A stretch of 64,000 nt of DNA from Nemertoderma westbladi (lineage: Eukaryota; Animalia; Xenacoelomorpha). The translations under genes and the position numbers were made by a program. This document shows, one piece after another, positions 37,682 through 50,956 of the stretch. Below the pieces are notes generated by a model that was not told where the DNA came from, made no database searches, and saw only the letters and a program-made list of their open reading frames with translations. The stretch lies in NCBI GenBank assembly GCA_032718475.1, contig JAUCBJ010002996.1:2771-66770 (forward strand). Reading direction: 5' to 3'. The number at the start of each line of letters is the position of its first letter. The stretch's first letter is position 1.

Positions 37682-38357
37682 TATATGGAGATTCGGTAAT
37701 GAATACTGAAACGCAGACCATCCCTATTGGATTGTTAAATAAATACAGAACGATAATGCAGAGTAACAGAATTATAAAGTACAGTTATACTGTAGGTCTT
37801 CATAAATACGTAAGCTGTACGACTGTAAACGCTCTCCTGCAACCAAGGACGACAAGGGGAAAAAATAAAACTGTGAACATTGTGCTTTTTTATTATTTTG
37901 GTTGGATTAGCTTCCCCTAATTCTGGCTATTAACTGATTTCTTTCACTAAATCTATACTTACTGTAACATTAAATAACGTTAATAATAATTATATGATGT
38001 CGGAATAATGTTTACACTCACGATGCAAGTACTATAGACCTACTTACATCCCTCTCACGATTGTGTAAACGATGGGCCTAAACCAGACAACCGACAACCG
38101 TTAGAAACATTAAGGGAAAGGAGCAGGTTCCAGCGGGAAATTATTTAAACTAAATCAATAAAGAACGCATGTCCAAGTCCAGTTTCATTATTTCATGTTT
38201 ACTCCGCTATCTACAGGAGAAAATCTATGCAAATACTGTAGCAGCTGATTACTCCCAAAAATACAACTGTAACCTGTTATATTAACTTTAGTTTACGTTT
38301 TGGTTAGAATAACGTGCCACTGTAATCTTCTCTCTTAATTGATAATTTAACATATCA

Positions 38358-38388
<31 letters not shown>

Positions 38389-39960
38389 CCCCTCTTGTCT
38401 GACAATAAAACTGTACTGGTCGACAATGTATAAATGGCTTCGGACTTCCAAGAACCGCCACCCAAGGGCGCAACCTACTGTACTGTAGCACAAATTTAAT
38501 ATTCCCCTATAAGACCTCATACATTAATTAGTCTACACGGTGGGGACGGGGAGATCTCTTATAGTTTTTGACTCTCTGCTAGACGTTATGCTGGGAGTGA
38601 GTGTGGGAGAATGTTTGTCTCCTATTTTATTTGCTATATTCTAGAACTAACGAGAGGAGGTTTCTCTGAATCCTTGCATGGCCAGCTTTCTAACTGTAGG
38701 CCTACCTATAAATCACTATAAGATTGAAGAATAACTGCGGAGTAATACGTGTAATATCGACAGAGACACCTTTTTCAAACGCTTGTCGCTAAAGAATTAA
38801 AGCAAAAATACAAATTCTGGCTCACCCAGGAAGGAGGTGAATCTATCTCTGTTTCAAATTTCATGCAATTCATTAAGATTTGTAGAAAAAATTGGGGAGG
38901 GGGGGGGGGGGGGGGGGTGGGGGTTGTACAGGTACCAGAATAACGGCACTACAGTATATTCCAGGACATGGTGTATTGGTGGTAGACTGAGACTCTGATT
39001 CCATAACTCTAATGACCACTGCATATGCATTACGCCCGTTTAAAGTCCGTTGCTAGGGACATTATCAATACTGCTAATATTGAAGGTCGTTTTCACTTGT
39101 TGGTTGCTATGGTATTTTCAAAAAACGAAATTTACCATTAAATTCTTCGTACCCAAAATAATAATCTTTCGTAACTCGCCATATCTACGATATGAGCTGT
39201 TTCTATCGCTATGGCAATTTTCTAAGTTGCTATGAAAAATCCCTCTAAAAAACCAGCGCAACCATTTCGTGAAGTCTATTTAATCTTTTTTTAATGTCCC
39301 ATATCTATTACTAAACAACAATGTGGGGTAGCTCAGTCATATAAAAAATTCCCACGGGGTAGGTTGGAGCCTGTATTATAAGGTAACTGATACAAAAAAA
39401 ATAATATAATTCCACTGCAGGGAAATGTAATAATTTCCACTAATGTTAGCCAAGAATTTTCACATAAATAAAATTTGGATTGCTGATTGAATTTAGGTGT
39501 AATTAATTAATTTGTTTAAGTTTAAAAATCGCAATATTTTATCCTATGGATGGGAATTTGTTGGGAATAAGGGTTTTTGGGGTCGACAAATCTGATGCGC
39601 TGTTGTTACATACCCCCGTTTTGTAGTTGTAAAAAAAACTTCCAATTTTGAACCAGCCAAAATGGTAGTGAAAATGAGAAAATGATGACACAAATTTCCG
39701 TTGCTCCGGAAACTAAATTGGTAACTACTGTATGTGTAGAAGTGCATACTTCAGTCAATCGATAGTCATTGGGCTACAGTTTGTCTACGCCAAGTTTGGA
39801 GAAAACCCCTCCAATTAGTTGCTTTGCTGCTATTTAAATCCATGTTGCTAAGGAAAGAAACAGGAAATTGAAAGTGATTCGCATAATAATATTTTTGTAG
39901 AATTTTTTGGGTATTAACAAGGTAATATAGAATATAAAAAAATGGCGAGAGTTCCGTATA

Positions 39961-40610
39961 GCACTACATTTTTAAAACATATATATCATTGTTACTTTGG
40001 CAACGTTGAAGAGTTCTAGAAAAAAATCATATACTATTCTAGAACATAAATAAAATAAAGAATATAATGTTCTAGAACATATAGCTAGTTTTTTTAATTT
40101 TAAAATAGCTAGTAAATTAAATAACATTATTTTTAAATATATTTCTGAATACAATTAAATTAATATTGATTATAGAGTTTTTGTATACCGGTCTAACTAA
40201 TTTGTTTACATGTCCATTGGGTATTGGCTTTTGTTGGCCTTTAAAATCTCATGGAGGATGGAATCCGTTTAAATTTTCCTTTTCTTATCTGTCGCCTCCA
40301 CATGTATTCAGTCAGTTTTTCGGAGAATTAATCTTCATAATTAATGCACTCCTCACACAAAGCTCTGGCGTCGTATATTTAATTACAGTAATTTGATTTT
40401 TGTGTATTTCGCGGCCCAAACATTTTTTTATACGTTTTTTAATTACTAGCAATTTTAAATTTGAAAAATAATTTACTATATGTTCTAGAAAATTTTATTT
40501 TATTTTTTATTTTATTTATGTTCTAGAATAGTGTATAATATTTAAGTTGTGTTCTAGAACTATTCAATGTTGCCATGTTAACAATGATTTATATTATAAA
40601 AATGTAGTGC
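39961..40610. repeat. Degenerate inverted repeat / old MITE
   Basis: GCACTACATTTT..TTGGCAAC..TTCTAGAA mirrored at 40480-40610. Confidence 0.65.
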
Positions 40611-41512
40611 TAAACAGAACTGTTACCAAAATTTATAAAAAAAAGTTGAAAAAACAAGCTAGTATAAAAAATAAAAATGTGTTCTAGAATCAAAAAAATT
40701 ATTTTAGAACAAAAATATTTATCAAAATTGATAGCTAGCACATCTTCTATAATATTTATAATAAATAGCAAAAATTAGCTCGTATAAAAAATCTGGCCAA
40801 TGGGTACCCAAGGTGTATACCAATGCCCATATGTGCACATAAATGCGCCTTCTTTTTTTACTGGGAAAAGAGTTGCAATCATAGGAGTCACTTTTTTTCC
40901 CCATAGGGAAAAAAGATGCTAATTTTACCACAAATACTCAAGATGGCGTTCTACATCTTATGTTAAAATCCCTAGACTTGTATGTCAGTCCGTTCAGGAG
41001 ATATGAAAAACCAGAACAACCCTCACAACATAAAAGTTGAAAACCGTTAGAGGTAAAACAACACACACAGACTAGAGTTAATGTTAAATTTCAGTATGTG
41101 TTGTTTTGCCTCTTTGGAAAATAACGAAAAAAAACAGTTTTTTTCATCAACAAAATTCATTTTGAATGTTAGCCACTATTATAAAATGTATCATTGCTTT
41201 TTCCCAGATCTGTGTCGAAAAAATCAGGAGACGGGATCCATATAGAGGGAAATGAGAAGGTTTTTTGCATTTTTCTCGAAACCACATTTTCTGGTGAGTG
41301 TTGTTCTGGCTCTTTGGTCACGGTATATTCGAGCGAAAAAGTAAAAATTTAAGAATGAAATAATTATTGATACATCAACATAAATTATCGCATTCCACTT
41401 AATCGTTATATCTTAATTCTGTTAATGATGATAATATTAAATCCATAGTTTTCTACGGTGTCTCTTAATGTTTAGTTCACCGGGATATTATTACTATTGG
41501 ATACAATGACCG

Positions 41513-41908
41513 TTAGTAAACGGATTTTGTAGGTGCGCCATTGCTTATGGGAGAATCATTACTGCTGTCTAAACCTGTGGAATTACTGGGAACAACTTGT
41601 TCCATCACTATTCTGTTACTTCCCTCGCCCCCGTGGTAAGTCTCATTGGGTGGATTACTTAAAACAACTCCAACAACTACACCTATAAATACGACCAACC
41701 CCATGAATGCTTTGAGAGCGCGGCATAACTTTTTGCTGTCGATTTTCCTACTAGTAACGGTTGTTTCTCCTGTCATTGAATTAATGCTCAGCTTCCTCAT
41801 GGATGTGAACTGTTTTCTCGTATTACTTTCCAGTGAGTCAGTTGGGCCTTCCATTATTTTTGAACATGTAGAATAATAGTTAGACTTCGTTGACTCAATA
41901 TCGGCCAT
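41513..41908 (-). CDS. Small single-pass (type II-like) membrane protein, 131 aa
   Basis: Basic stretch, then TM helix AFMGLVVFIGVVVGVVL, then a Ser-rich tail with NET and NST sequons. Confidence 0.55.
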   Translation of the reverse strand: MADIESTKSNYYSTCSKIMEGPTDSLESNTRKQFTSMRKLSINSMTGETTVTSRKIDSKKLCRALKAFMGLVVFIGVVVGVVLSNPPNETYHGGEGSNRIVMEQVVPSNSTGLDSSNDSPISNGAPTKSVY

Positions 41909-44558
41909 AGCTATTATGATATTAGTAGGTATGTGAAATATTTTTATTTAAAAGTTCAAAATTGGCTATTGAGTTTACAGTAGCTAGTGTTGTAGCATTG
42001 TGATAGAATAAAACAATACAGTGTAACTAAGAAACAGGATTACTACCTTTATGACCACAAATTTAAAACTCGATACATTTCAGTGGCACAACATTTAAAA
42101 ATTAATGAATTATGTAGCAAATTATTTTAATAATTAGGCTGACAGATTTGTTAATAAACAAAACGAAATATAGATTAGATATTCTAGATGAATATGTACC
42201 GATAATTTTAACCGGTGTGAGCCGCTTGCAGAATTTGTGTTGTTGTTGTCATTTTCTATTTGTTTTAAATTCATTCGCATTTATTGGTCTTGGCGTTGAT
42301 GTATCAAAATGATCAACCTTTTGACCAAAGCTAAATATTAAACTCAGCCAAAAAAAAACAGTAAAAATAATTATATCTCAATTTCTCCAGCATATTTTCT
42401 TTCTCAAAACAAACACATTTTGTTGTGCCTTCGTATGTAATAAAATATAATTTTCCAGAAAACATATTTAATTTAGCGGAAAACGTCCATCCCCAAACCC
42501 AGATTAATATAATTTAGATGTTTACAGCTCATTAATTAATTGCTATAATTTATTCTATAAATATTATGATTCTAAACAAATAAACAACGAACTATAACGA
42601 CCAAACTGGGAATGGCAATAATCGAGCGCTCCTTGTGGGGTACGGACAAAGTTTGTTTAAAACTCAAATTACCCACCAACATAAGTTACAAAACTCGGAA
42701 TTCATAGACTACTGGATCAATTAAACGACAATTTTGGTTGTGGAAATACGATGGTCTTAAACACTTAAAATAAAAGAGATATGCAACTGGTATGGTATGG
42801 CTACTGAGACACAATTACCATCAAAACACCATAAAAAGTATTTCTAGCAACTAACATAGAATAAATCATATTATATATACCGAACCGACTAGATTTACTC
42901 GTATAATAATAATTTATCTAACACAATGTAATGTAGCACAATAATCGTATATCCCCAGAACTACAACAAGCCTCTCAAATTAAGTTTAATATTCAATACT
43001 CAGGTTGAAAACATTCAATGGAATTAATTGATATTTACTGCATCCAAATTGATATAATATTGAGACAGCGGGGAAAACTTGACGCAAATCCCATCTCGGA
43101 AAAGTAATATCTCGCCTCGGCGAATCAACAATTTTGCATGTTAATTGTATCCAAAATTGTTAATTCTTGATTATTTTAATTATCCATTAAGAGAAAGGAA
43201 CACGTTACGGGTTACAGTGGTACGTTATTATAATCAAAACAATAAACGGAAGTAATTAGAACACGTGAGTTATATTATTGCGAGTAATCGTCTGTTATTT
43301 GCATCAAGATTCCCCCACTAAATTCTAATCTAGAAATTCTAAACTACCCTGTTCAATTAATTGAACTCCAATTATAATTAAACTTGTACACTAGTAGCTA
43401 AATGATACAAAACAATGTTTAAACAAACGAAAATAATATAGGCGTTACTGGGAACATCGAGCAAAAAGCATGAATGAATATAGCAATCGTATGAAATGTT
43501 TCTTTCTAACTTATTAATAAGTTTTCGTGAATTTGGTCGGAGTTACCAGATCGTAAATATAATTAAGTCTGATATCGATAACTCAAACTATCTTTAGGCG
43601 ACATGTGGGGATAATTTCGGAATCTATGAGGAACTTGTTATAACAATATCAAACAAAAACTATATCGCATATCAAACCCGATGTCAATAGCTTCATTTAC
43701 AATGGACATTTTATCTTCCTTCATAAAAAATAACACAGAATTTAAATATAAATAATCCTGAGACAAAAAAAAAAGGAGAGATTTTATATTTTTTAAGAGG
43801 TTAATAGAATATACTAAATGATTCCATTAATTTTACCCATATTGTTAGCTACTATTGCATTCGATACTATTATAGTCCATAGGGGACGTTCCCTTTGTGT
43901 TTCACACGTTGAAAGGGTTGGAGGTATTCGCGTGACACTTTCTGTGCGGTTGGGGGTTTAGGCGCTAAGAGGATATCTACATCTCTCCACAAAGGTGAGG
44001 GGGGGGGGGGGGGGGGGGGTCTGTTGGTCTGTTGGGTCGCCCGACAGTAACAAACAATAATAGTAACAATTAATATTAATAAATAGTAATAATCACAATG
44101 TCCGTCCCGGCTAATTTAAGTCGCTATCTTATTGTATAAAATACGGAACATAAATACATTCAGGTAAATCCAATCTACAAACCACAAATATCTAGAAATT
44201 AAATAAGAGTGATTAATTTCAGGTCCATTTAATGTGTCACTATAAATTCTATTTATAAAGCTGGCCAAGTAAACTAGTTAACAAAAAACGTACAATCGGC
44301 ATCATCATGCAATAAAGAACATATGAAACCCTCTAAGCCCCAACCCACAGAGATCAAACTGGGTCGAATTCCAGTGCTATGAGTGGAGAAGCTGATAGAG
44401 TAGACATGTTACTATGTATTATGTAACAAGGGGTGTAGCTCGGAAGCTACTAAATTAATATTATTATATCTCGTAATATATCAACAATCCGATCGGATTA
44501 AAAGCGAAAAGAAACCAAACCGAGATATAATAAAACGGGGTCGCCTAGAAACAACCAA

Positions 44559-45860
44559 TCAACAGCGGGTCTCGTACAAACCCGACTTACCGATGTATCG
44601 AACCCATTTGATGACGTCGTGATCGGAATAATTGAGTTTCGATTCGAACACCTTGAGGTAGCGAACCTTGAGCCCACTGGGGGCGAACGGCACCTCGAAA
44701 CTCATCGATATCGGTGGCCGCGCCCACTTCTTCTTATCCGCGGACGCGAGCAACTCGATCTCCGCCGATATCTGGCTCTCCTTCATCCCGCCCATCCGCT
44801 TTATCTTCCAGAGAATCGCGTTCTCCGACGCTTTGTACTTGGCTTTCCCTTTCATACAGATGACCTGAACGCCGCTGGTGTTTAACGGCGTCGGGATTCG
44901 AACCTCGATCTTCTGGGCCAACAACGACGGTTTGAAGTTGCTCTTGAGCACGACTTTAACCTCCATCTTCGATCGTCCGACCTCCCGGACTAACGGAATG
45001 ACCCGGAATGGTAGACTGATATCCTTGGTGGTTCGGTACCGCATTAACTCGTACTCCCCATCCGGCGGAATGAAACTAATAGATCGCTCTGTCTCGAACT
45101 TAGATAACTTCACGCACTGATGGAAAGTGCAATCGTCTATGGCGATGGACGTTTTATTCTGTCGGAAGGCGTCATCGGATGACGATTTCCCCTGTTTATC
45201 CAACGTTATCTTGTCGTTCAAACCGAATTTACATTCCGGCATTCCAGACAGATACGACTTCATCATGACCTTACCGGAGACGTGAGCGCTAAGCACCTGA
45301 CCCTGCGGCGACATGAGCAGATTAACCGATTCTAGGACGTCGAGGAACAACTCATTCCGTCGGTATTTGATTCCATCTCGTCTCCAACCGATCTGCCCGG
45401 TAACTTGCTTCGTTATCTCAGCGTGCTCCTCTTTAGTGACTGATTTAATCCCTTGTTGCGTTATGTAGGTTTTTAACGTGCCGGTATCTGTATGCTGAGG
45501 GTAGCCGTAGTCGAGAATCTCGTCTAAAAGTTCGTAAATTAAAACGAAATTATTTTTTACATTGTCCTCGTTAATTTTACCGAAATACGAGGACATTACC
45601 GAGCAAACCTTAAGGATAAACTCGAACACGAGGGTAGAGTTGACGTTCTGTTTGGTAACGGCGGCGAGCCAGATGTTCCCGCGACGGATGTGGAAGAAGG
45701 AGGTTCTCGCGATGTTGGTTACCGGACTGCGAACCTGCTGACGGGCATGGATGACGTTGACCCGGAACGCGTCCACTGCGTTGCGACCGATGTCATCCCG
45801 ATAAATACGGGAGATCAGAACCTCACCTTTGTGGTTGTATATAAACAGTCCGCCTATCAT
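44559..45860 (-). CDS. AP2M1: AP-2 complex subunit mu (clathrin adaptor mu2)
   Basis: Full-length 433 aa from [18 protein letters not shown], with [18 protein letters not shown] and [15 protein letters not shown]; no introns in the CDS. Confidence 0.98.
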   Translation of the reverse strand: MIGGLFIYNHKGEVLISRIYRDDIGRNAVDAFRVNVIHARQQVRSPVTNIARTSFFHIRRGNIWLAAVTKQNVNSTLVFEFILKVCSVMSSYFGKINEDNVKNNFVLIYELLDEILDYGYPQHTDTGTLKTYITQQGIKSVTKEEHAEITKQVTGQIGWRRDGIKYRRNELFLDVLESVNLLMSPQGQVLSAHVSGKVMMKSYLSGMPECKFGLNDKITLDKQGKSSSDDAFRQNKTSIAIDDCTFHQCVKLSKFETERSISFIPPDGEYELMRYRTTKDISLPFRVIPLVREVGRSKMEVKVVLKSNFKPSLLAQKIEVRIPTPLNTSGVQVICMKGKAKYKASENAILWKIKRMGGMKESQISAEIELLASADKKKWARPPISMSFEVPFAPSGLKVRYLKVFESKLNYSDHDVIKWVRYIGKSGLYETRC

Positions 45861-46967
45861 TCTGTTATTCTGTGTCCTATATCAGTAAAGTATATCTTTA
45901 CCTATATGACAGTGTGCAGCAGTATGATCCTGATATCAGGATATAGCTGTATATAGGCCTACTGCTGTACTGGCTGACTGGTATTGTCAGATTGTGTTGT
46001 GATATTGCAGTATTGATATATTGAAATAGAAAAAACCAATGATTAACGAAACGACAAACTGACAAATTCTTCCGGCTGTACGTTCCGGGAATGATAGTAA
46101 ATGTTGAAATGGTAATAACTGTAGATCTGTTCCCGTCAGCCCGTTGGCAGTTGGTTGCCAGGTTGCGTTTAGGCGTTGGTCCCTGTTCAGTAGTGTAGTA
46201 GCAGTAAGTAGCCTTTTACACTCAACAGTCAGACAGTTGTAGCTATGGTACCGGTACCCACTAACAGCTGAACAGTACAGCAGTACTGCACTATGCCTGT
46301 ATGCGATGCGTGCTTGTGCTAGCAGGCTAGACCTATGCCAGTATGCCTGTACAGCTGTATGACAGTACATGCAGTTATGATGTTGGGTAGTCCTATGCAG
46401 CTATGCCAGTATGCTCCTGTCCTGTAATCCTTGGATGTAGGTAACACTTACACTCAACACTAGCGGTCACCCGGTAACTACAGCCGCCTGACTCCACAAT
46501 AGCAAAAGGTGGTGAGATTTGCCTCTGCTGTGGGAGTGGGTTAAAATTCCGAAATAAGACTGCAAGTTGGTAATAAATAATAATAAATTAATGGACTATT
46601 TTGAGTCTATTTACCATCTAATTTAGTTACACTACATCGCCACGACATACCTAATAAATGAAGCTGACAATAGGAAACTATATCGGTACCAGTAGCCGAT
46701 AGGCACTGGCCCCAATAAATTGTTGTATTGACTTTTTCACAGATTTATATACAAATGTTACTTAATAAAACTTTAATACTTTAAAGTTACCACCAACATA
46801 TTAAAAAACAATTTCTGATGATTAATATATTTTCTGGTTTTCATCATGTACTATAAATTATATTAAGGTGTTATTTCAAATAAAGCCATTAGACATATAA
46901 ATTATTCCAGCTTGTCTTTTTCAGAGATTCTTCCTCTCCATATTAATTCCGTCATACTACATTCAGC

Positions 46968-47130
46968 ATACTAACCTGGCACAGGGGTTAACCTCGCTCA
47001 TGAATGTGGTTCCCCCAGGGTAAGATCCTCGCATTGCACAACGCCTGGATTGACCTCTGCGATTTTCTCAAATCGAGGAAACTCGGGTGCTAAATTTATG
47101 CTAGTGGGGCTTGCGTTCGCGCAGGCTCCT
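46968..47130 (+). ncRNA. Variant U1 snRNA A (5' AUACUAACCUG)
   Basis: Full U1 fold with an altered 5' end, loop I GCTCATGAAT, ATTGCAC retained, Sm site AAATTTATG. Confidence 0.9.
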
Positions 47131-47994
47131 TCATATAATTACATATTATTTAATTGTTTATTGCGGTTTAATTAATTAATAATTGTTATTCTAATTGTCA
47201 TATTCTTAATAAGATACACAAAATAACAAAATTTAAATAATAATTTTAAAAAATATATATAAATATAAAGCTAAAATATGACTATAGTCTATCCCGTGTT
47301 GTTGCTTTTGGTAGATTCAGCTCTTCTGTAACCTGGGTTTTAGTGAAAACCTGGTATTCTACACATCCGGGTTAATTGTAAAGTGAAAGATAACAGCTGG
47401 AAGTCTGCTATAACCCCTTTTATTTACTTTTAATGCTCCTCTCTCTTTAATGCTGCTTTTATTATACCATGTCGGGGTAAAAAATACATGGATTGTAAAT
47501 TGTTTTTTTTATGAAAAAAACACCCTTTACTCCCAGTTATCATATTGATGATTGTTCATTGTTGTTATTACTTATTATAAAGAAGGTTAATTAGTAAGGT
47601 AATAAAATGTTTTTATAATATGTGTTATTGTTGAAAGTTAATTTTTTATATTCATCTGTATACAGAGCAGCTGTGAGGAACCGATCTGGCGGTGGCAGTA
47701 CACTTACCAGTAAATAACAGCAACAGGTTTGTAGGGCCTTCGCGCAGGACTTAGCAAGCAATATTATCATACGGCACGCCACCTATCATCGGTGTCTAGT
47801 CATCCCTTAGCGCGAGACTGGAGACGCAAAGTATCATTGTTGGACGAGTATTATTATCCAAAATTATCGCCTGCACCGAACGCAAACGCAGTAAAAGTAA
47901 GTAACAAGTAGAAGCGAAGCAACTTACGCAACTTCAAATAAGGAATTAATTACAGAGCAAAAGGGAAGTAAATACTATTAAGCATAATGAAGGA

Positions 47995-48163
47995 AGGAGC
48001 CTGCGCGGACGCATTAATTAGCCCCACTAACATAAATTTAGCACCCGAGTTCCCTCGATTTGAGGAAATCGCAGAGGTCAATCCAGGCGTTGTGCAATGC
48101 GAGGATCTTACCCTGGGGGAACCACATTCATGAGCGAGGTTAACCCCTGTGCCAGGTTAGTAT
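47995..48163 (-). ncRNA. Variant U1 snRNA B (5' AUACUAACCUG; 6-nt insertion in stem-loop IV)
   Basis: Its first ~105 nt look identical to variant A; stem III changes keep pairing; AATTAA insertion near the 3' end. Confidence 0.85.
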
Positions 48164-48904
48164 GAACGGCATGGTAAGACGTGATTTAAAAGATTTAAAT
48201 ATTGAAGAATATTGGTGTACCGCAAATTATAATAGCTTATTAAAGGAATGTTTATAAAAGTAATATATTAATTGTTACGTTATATTATAAAACTGGTTTA
48301 TTATATTTATCATCTTGTAAAGATAGTAAATTACATATAAGCATAAGTATTCTATTATAAAATATTATAATTGTGTTGGTGAAGTTTAGGCCAACATTCT
48401 TGAGGCCCCATAATTTTTCGGTTGAAATATCGTATACGTTTAGAACAGCATAGGTAGCCAAGGTGATCTCGAATGAAGCGATATTTAAAACACCACTCTC
48501 ATGATAGCTTTTTGACATAGTTAATCTATAATACCACATCATTCATTATCCATGCGACAAACGTTATCTTTGAAGCGCTGTCACCACATTTTCACAACAG
48601 CGCTTTAACCTAAAACCAAAATACTCTGATTGAACAGCATCGCGCTCTCACAGCGCTATCACTCCGAAGTGTGTATCGTTGCGTGGCAATAAAAAGGCGC
48701 TAAGTCGAGCTTTTGAAAAAATGAGTTATTTATACCACCAGATAGCTGATGAAATTTGTCATCGATGGGTACTATTTGTTATTGTGATTTGTAGGCCTAT
48801 ATCCTTTTCAATATTCATAGCCTGTATAATAAATTTAATTTGATTACATTTTATCATTTTGAATAGGAATTCCAATAACTGAGTTAGATCCTTTTAAACA
48901 GAAC

Positions 48905-50947
48905 CCTTTTAGCAGCTGCAGAAACAGTTCCTGTATACCCTCGAAACAGGAAAAGGGCCCCCTGGACTGACAACAAAATCCAGAAGTGCCGAAATGACCT
49001 TCATAAGGCGCAGAAAGAGACCCGACTCAAACAGACTACAGCGGCCAAGAATGCAGTTAAGGCTGCATCTAGGTCCCTGAACAGGCAGTACTCTGCTAAT
49101 CTACATGAGCTAATAAACCAACAGGTTGATGCCATCAATGATGCTGACGACAGCAGGCAATCATCCCAGGCATGGAAATCGATCAATCTGCTTACTGGGC
49201 GGAAAAGCCAACCAACCACCAAGGTTAAGGCTGAATCACCAGCCGATCGCCTCAATGGTTGGAAAGCCCACTTTGAAAAGCTCCTCAATAAGGACAGGGT
49301 ATTGCCTGATAACTTTATAGAAGTAAAAGTGTCTGAGTCTGTACTCCCAGATATTCCCATTGGCGATATCTCCTTTGCAGAAGTGAAGGCTGCTGCAAAG
49401 AGCATTAAGACCAATCGTGCCAGTGGAGTAGATGGTGTTCCCCCTGAGGTCTTTAAAATACCTGAGTGTTTAAAGCTCATCTATCCCATCATAGTAGACA
49501 TGTACCGAACAACAAGAGTCCCACAAGAAATGAAAACAAATAAGTTGGTGCCAGTTCCCAAGAAGGGCAACCTAACACTCTATGGTTCTTTTCGGGGAAT
49601 CTCATTGATCTCGATTGCTGCAAAGCTATACAATAGGATTCTATTAAATCGCATCAGGGATCCCATTGAGAGACTGCTCCGTGGAAATCAGAATGGGTTC
49701 CGTAAAGGTCGTGGGACCATGGAGCCCATTTTGGCACTTAGAAGGATAATTGAAGAGTTATCAAAAAAGAAAGACAGGCATCTGGCTGTTATCTTTGTTG
49801 ACTTCTTCAAGGCCTTTGATTCAGTCTCTCGCTCACGTATGTTCAGCATACTTTTATTATATGGGATTCCTGATGAAATTATTGCAGCAATCAGATCAGT
49901 ATACGATGGTTCGACAACATTTGTGTCTACTGTTGACGGTGACACAGAACCATTTGAAGTGTTATGCGGCGTCCTCCAAGGAGACACACTTGCACCATTC
50001 TTGTTCATTATTGTGGTTGACTATGTTCTACGCATGTCCTTAGATCATTATAATGATGATGGGGTGATGATAACTCCACCTACTGGCTCCAGAAGTCGAG
50101 GAAATCCTGCCAAGTACCTAACTGATCTAGACTTTGCTGATGACTTAGGAGTACTCTCAGAATCATTAGAGGGAGCCCAACGGCTCCTCAGCTCATTAGA
50201 ACATGCTGCTTCTAGTGTTGGTCTTTTTATTAACTCCAGAAGGACCAAAATTCTGACAGTTAACTTTGAAAGTCCTCAGCAAGTCTCTGATCGGATGAGC
50301 ATAAGCTCAAAGGATGGTATGCTTGAGCATGTGGACAACTTCTGTTACCTGGGATCATGGATCCGGAAGTCAGGTGAGGACCTTCGAATACGTAAGGGAA
50401 AGGCATGGGCAGCCTTGAATAGGCTTCCAGGATTTGGAAGTCACCGAGAATTAATCGGAAACTTATTTAGAGCAGCAGTAGTTCCAGTACTCCTCTACGG
50501 GAGTCCATGCTGGGCTCTAACTGCTGAGGACACCAAATCTCTGGATGGCACATTCACAAGAATGCTACGCCGGGTTCATTGTGTCAAGTACAATGCACAC
50601 ATCTCCAACCAGACACTATATAACATTGGAGGTGTCTCATTGGTTCCCCCAAGCTTGACACTAGAACAAAATCGCCTCCGCTTTGCAGGACATTGCTTTC
50701 GCCGGAGGACCAGCCAGTGCATAATCTTGTACTTTGGCAGCCTCATGGAGTGAATAAGCATGGTGGACAGCCCATGACTTTCTTGAGACGCATCTTAAAG
50801 GACACTGGCCTTAAAGATGCGGATGATCTAGCAAATGTCATGGGTGATAGGGAGTTGTGGCGGTGCAATTTTGTTGACAAGCCGGCACAGCATTCTTAAA
50901 AATGCAGCAGCAATGCAGCATGCCGATCCTAGTAGTAGTAGTAGTAG
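48905..50947 (+). mobile_element. 5'-truncated RTE-like LINE with reverse transcriptase
   Basis: RT motifs QNGFRKGR, FVDFFKAFDSV, GVLQGDTLAPFLF and DFADD; (TAG)n tail; 12-bp TSD TTTAAACAGAAC at 48893-48904 and 50948-50959. Confidence 0.95.
49302..50899 (+). pseudogene. LINE reverse transcriptase with frameshifts near the C-terminus; endonuclease lost
   Basis: 483-aa ORF whose true C-terminus (EDQPVHNLVLWQP...) continues in the frame of ORF 50693-50899. Confidence 0.85.
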
Positions 50948-50956
50948 TTTAAACAG

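Noticed and set aside
45877-45901. 25-nt GTAAAG..ATAG micro-intron in the AP2M1 5' UTR (minus strand)
   Set aside because: No micro-introns are seen in any CDS here, and it cannot be supported without transcripts.
44619-45956. Plus-strand ORFs overlapping AP2M1 (similarly 13614-14180, 49001-50248 and 55140-56299 over other genes)
   Set aside because: These are antisense shadows of real coding sequence.
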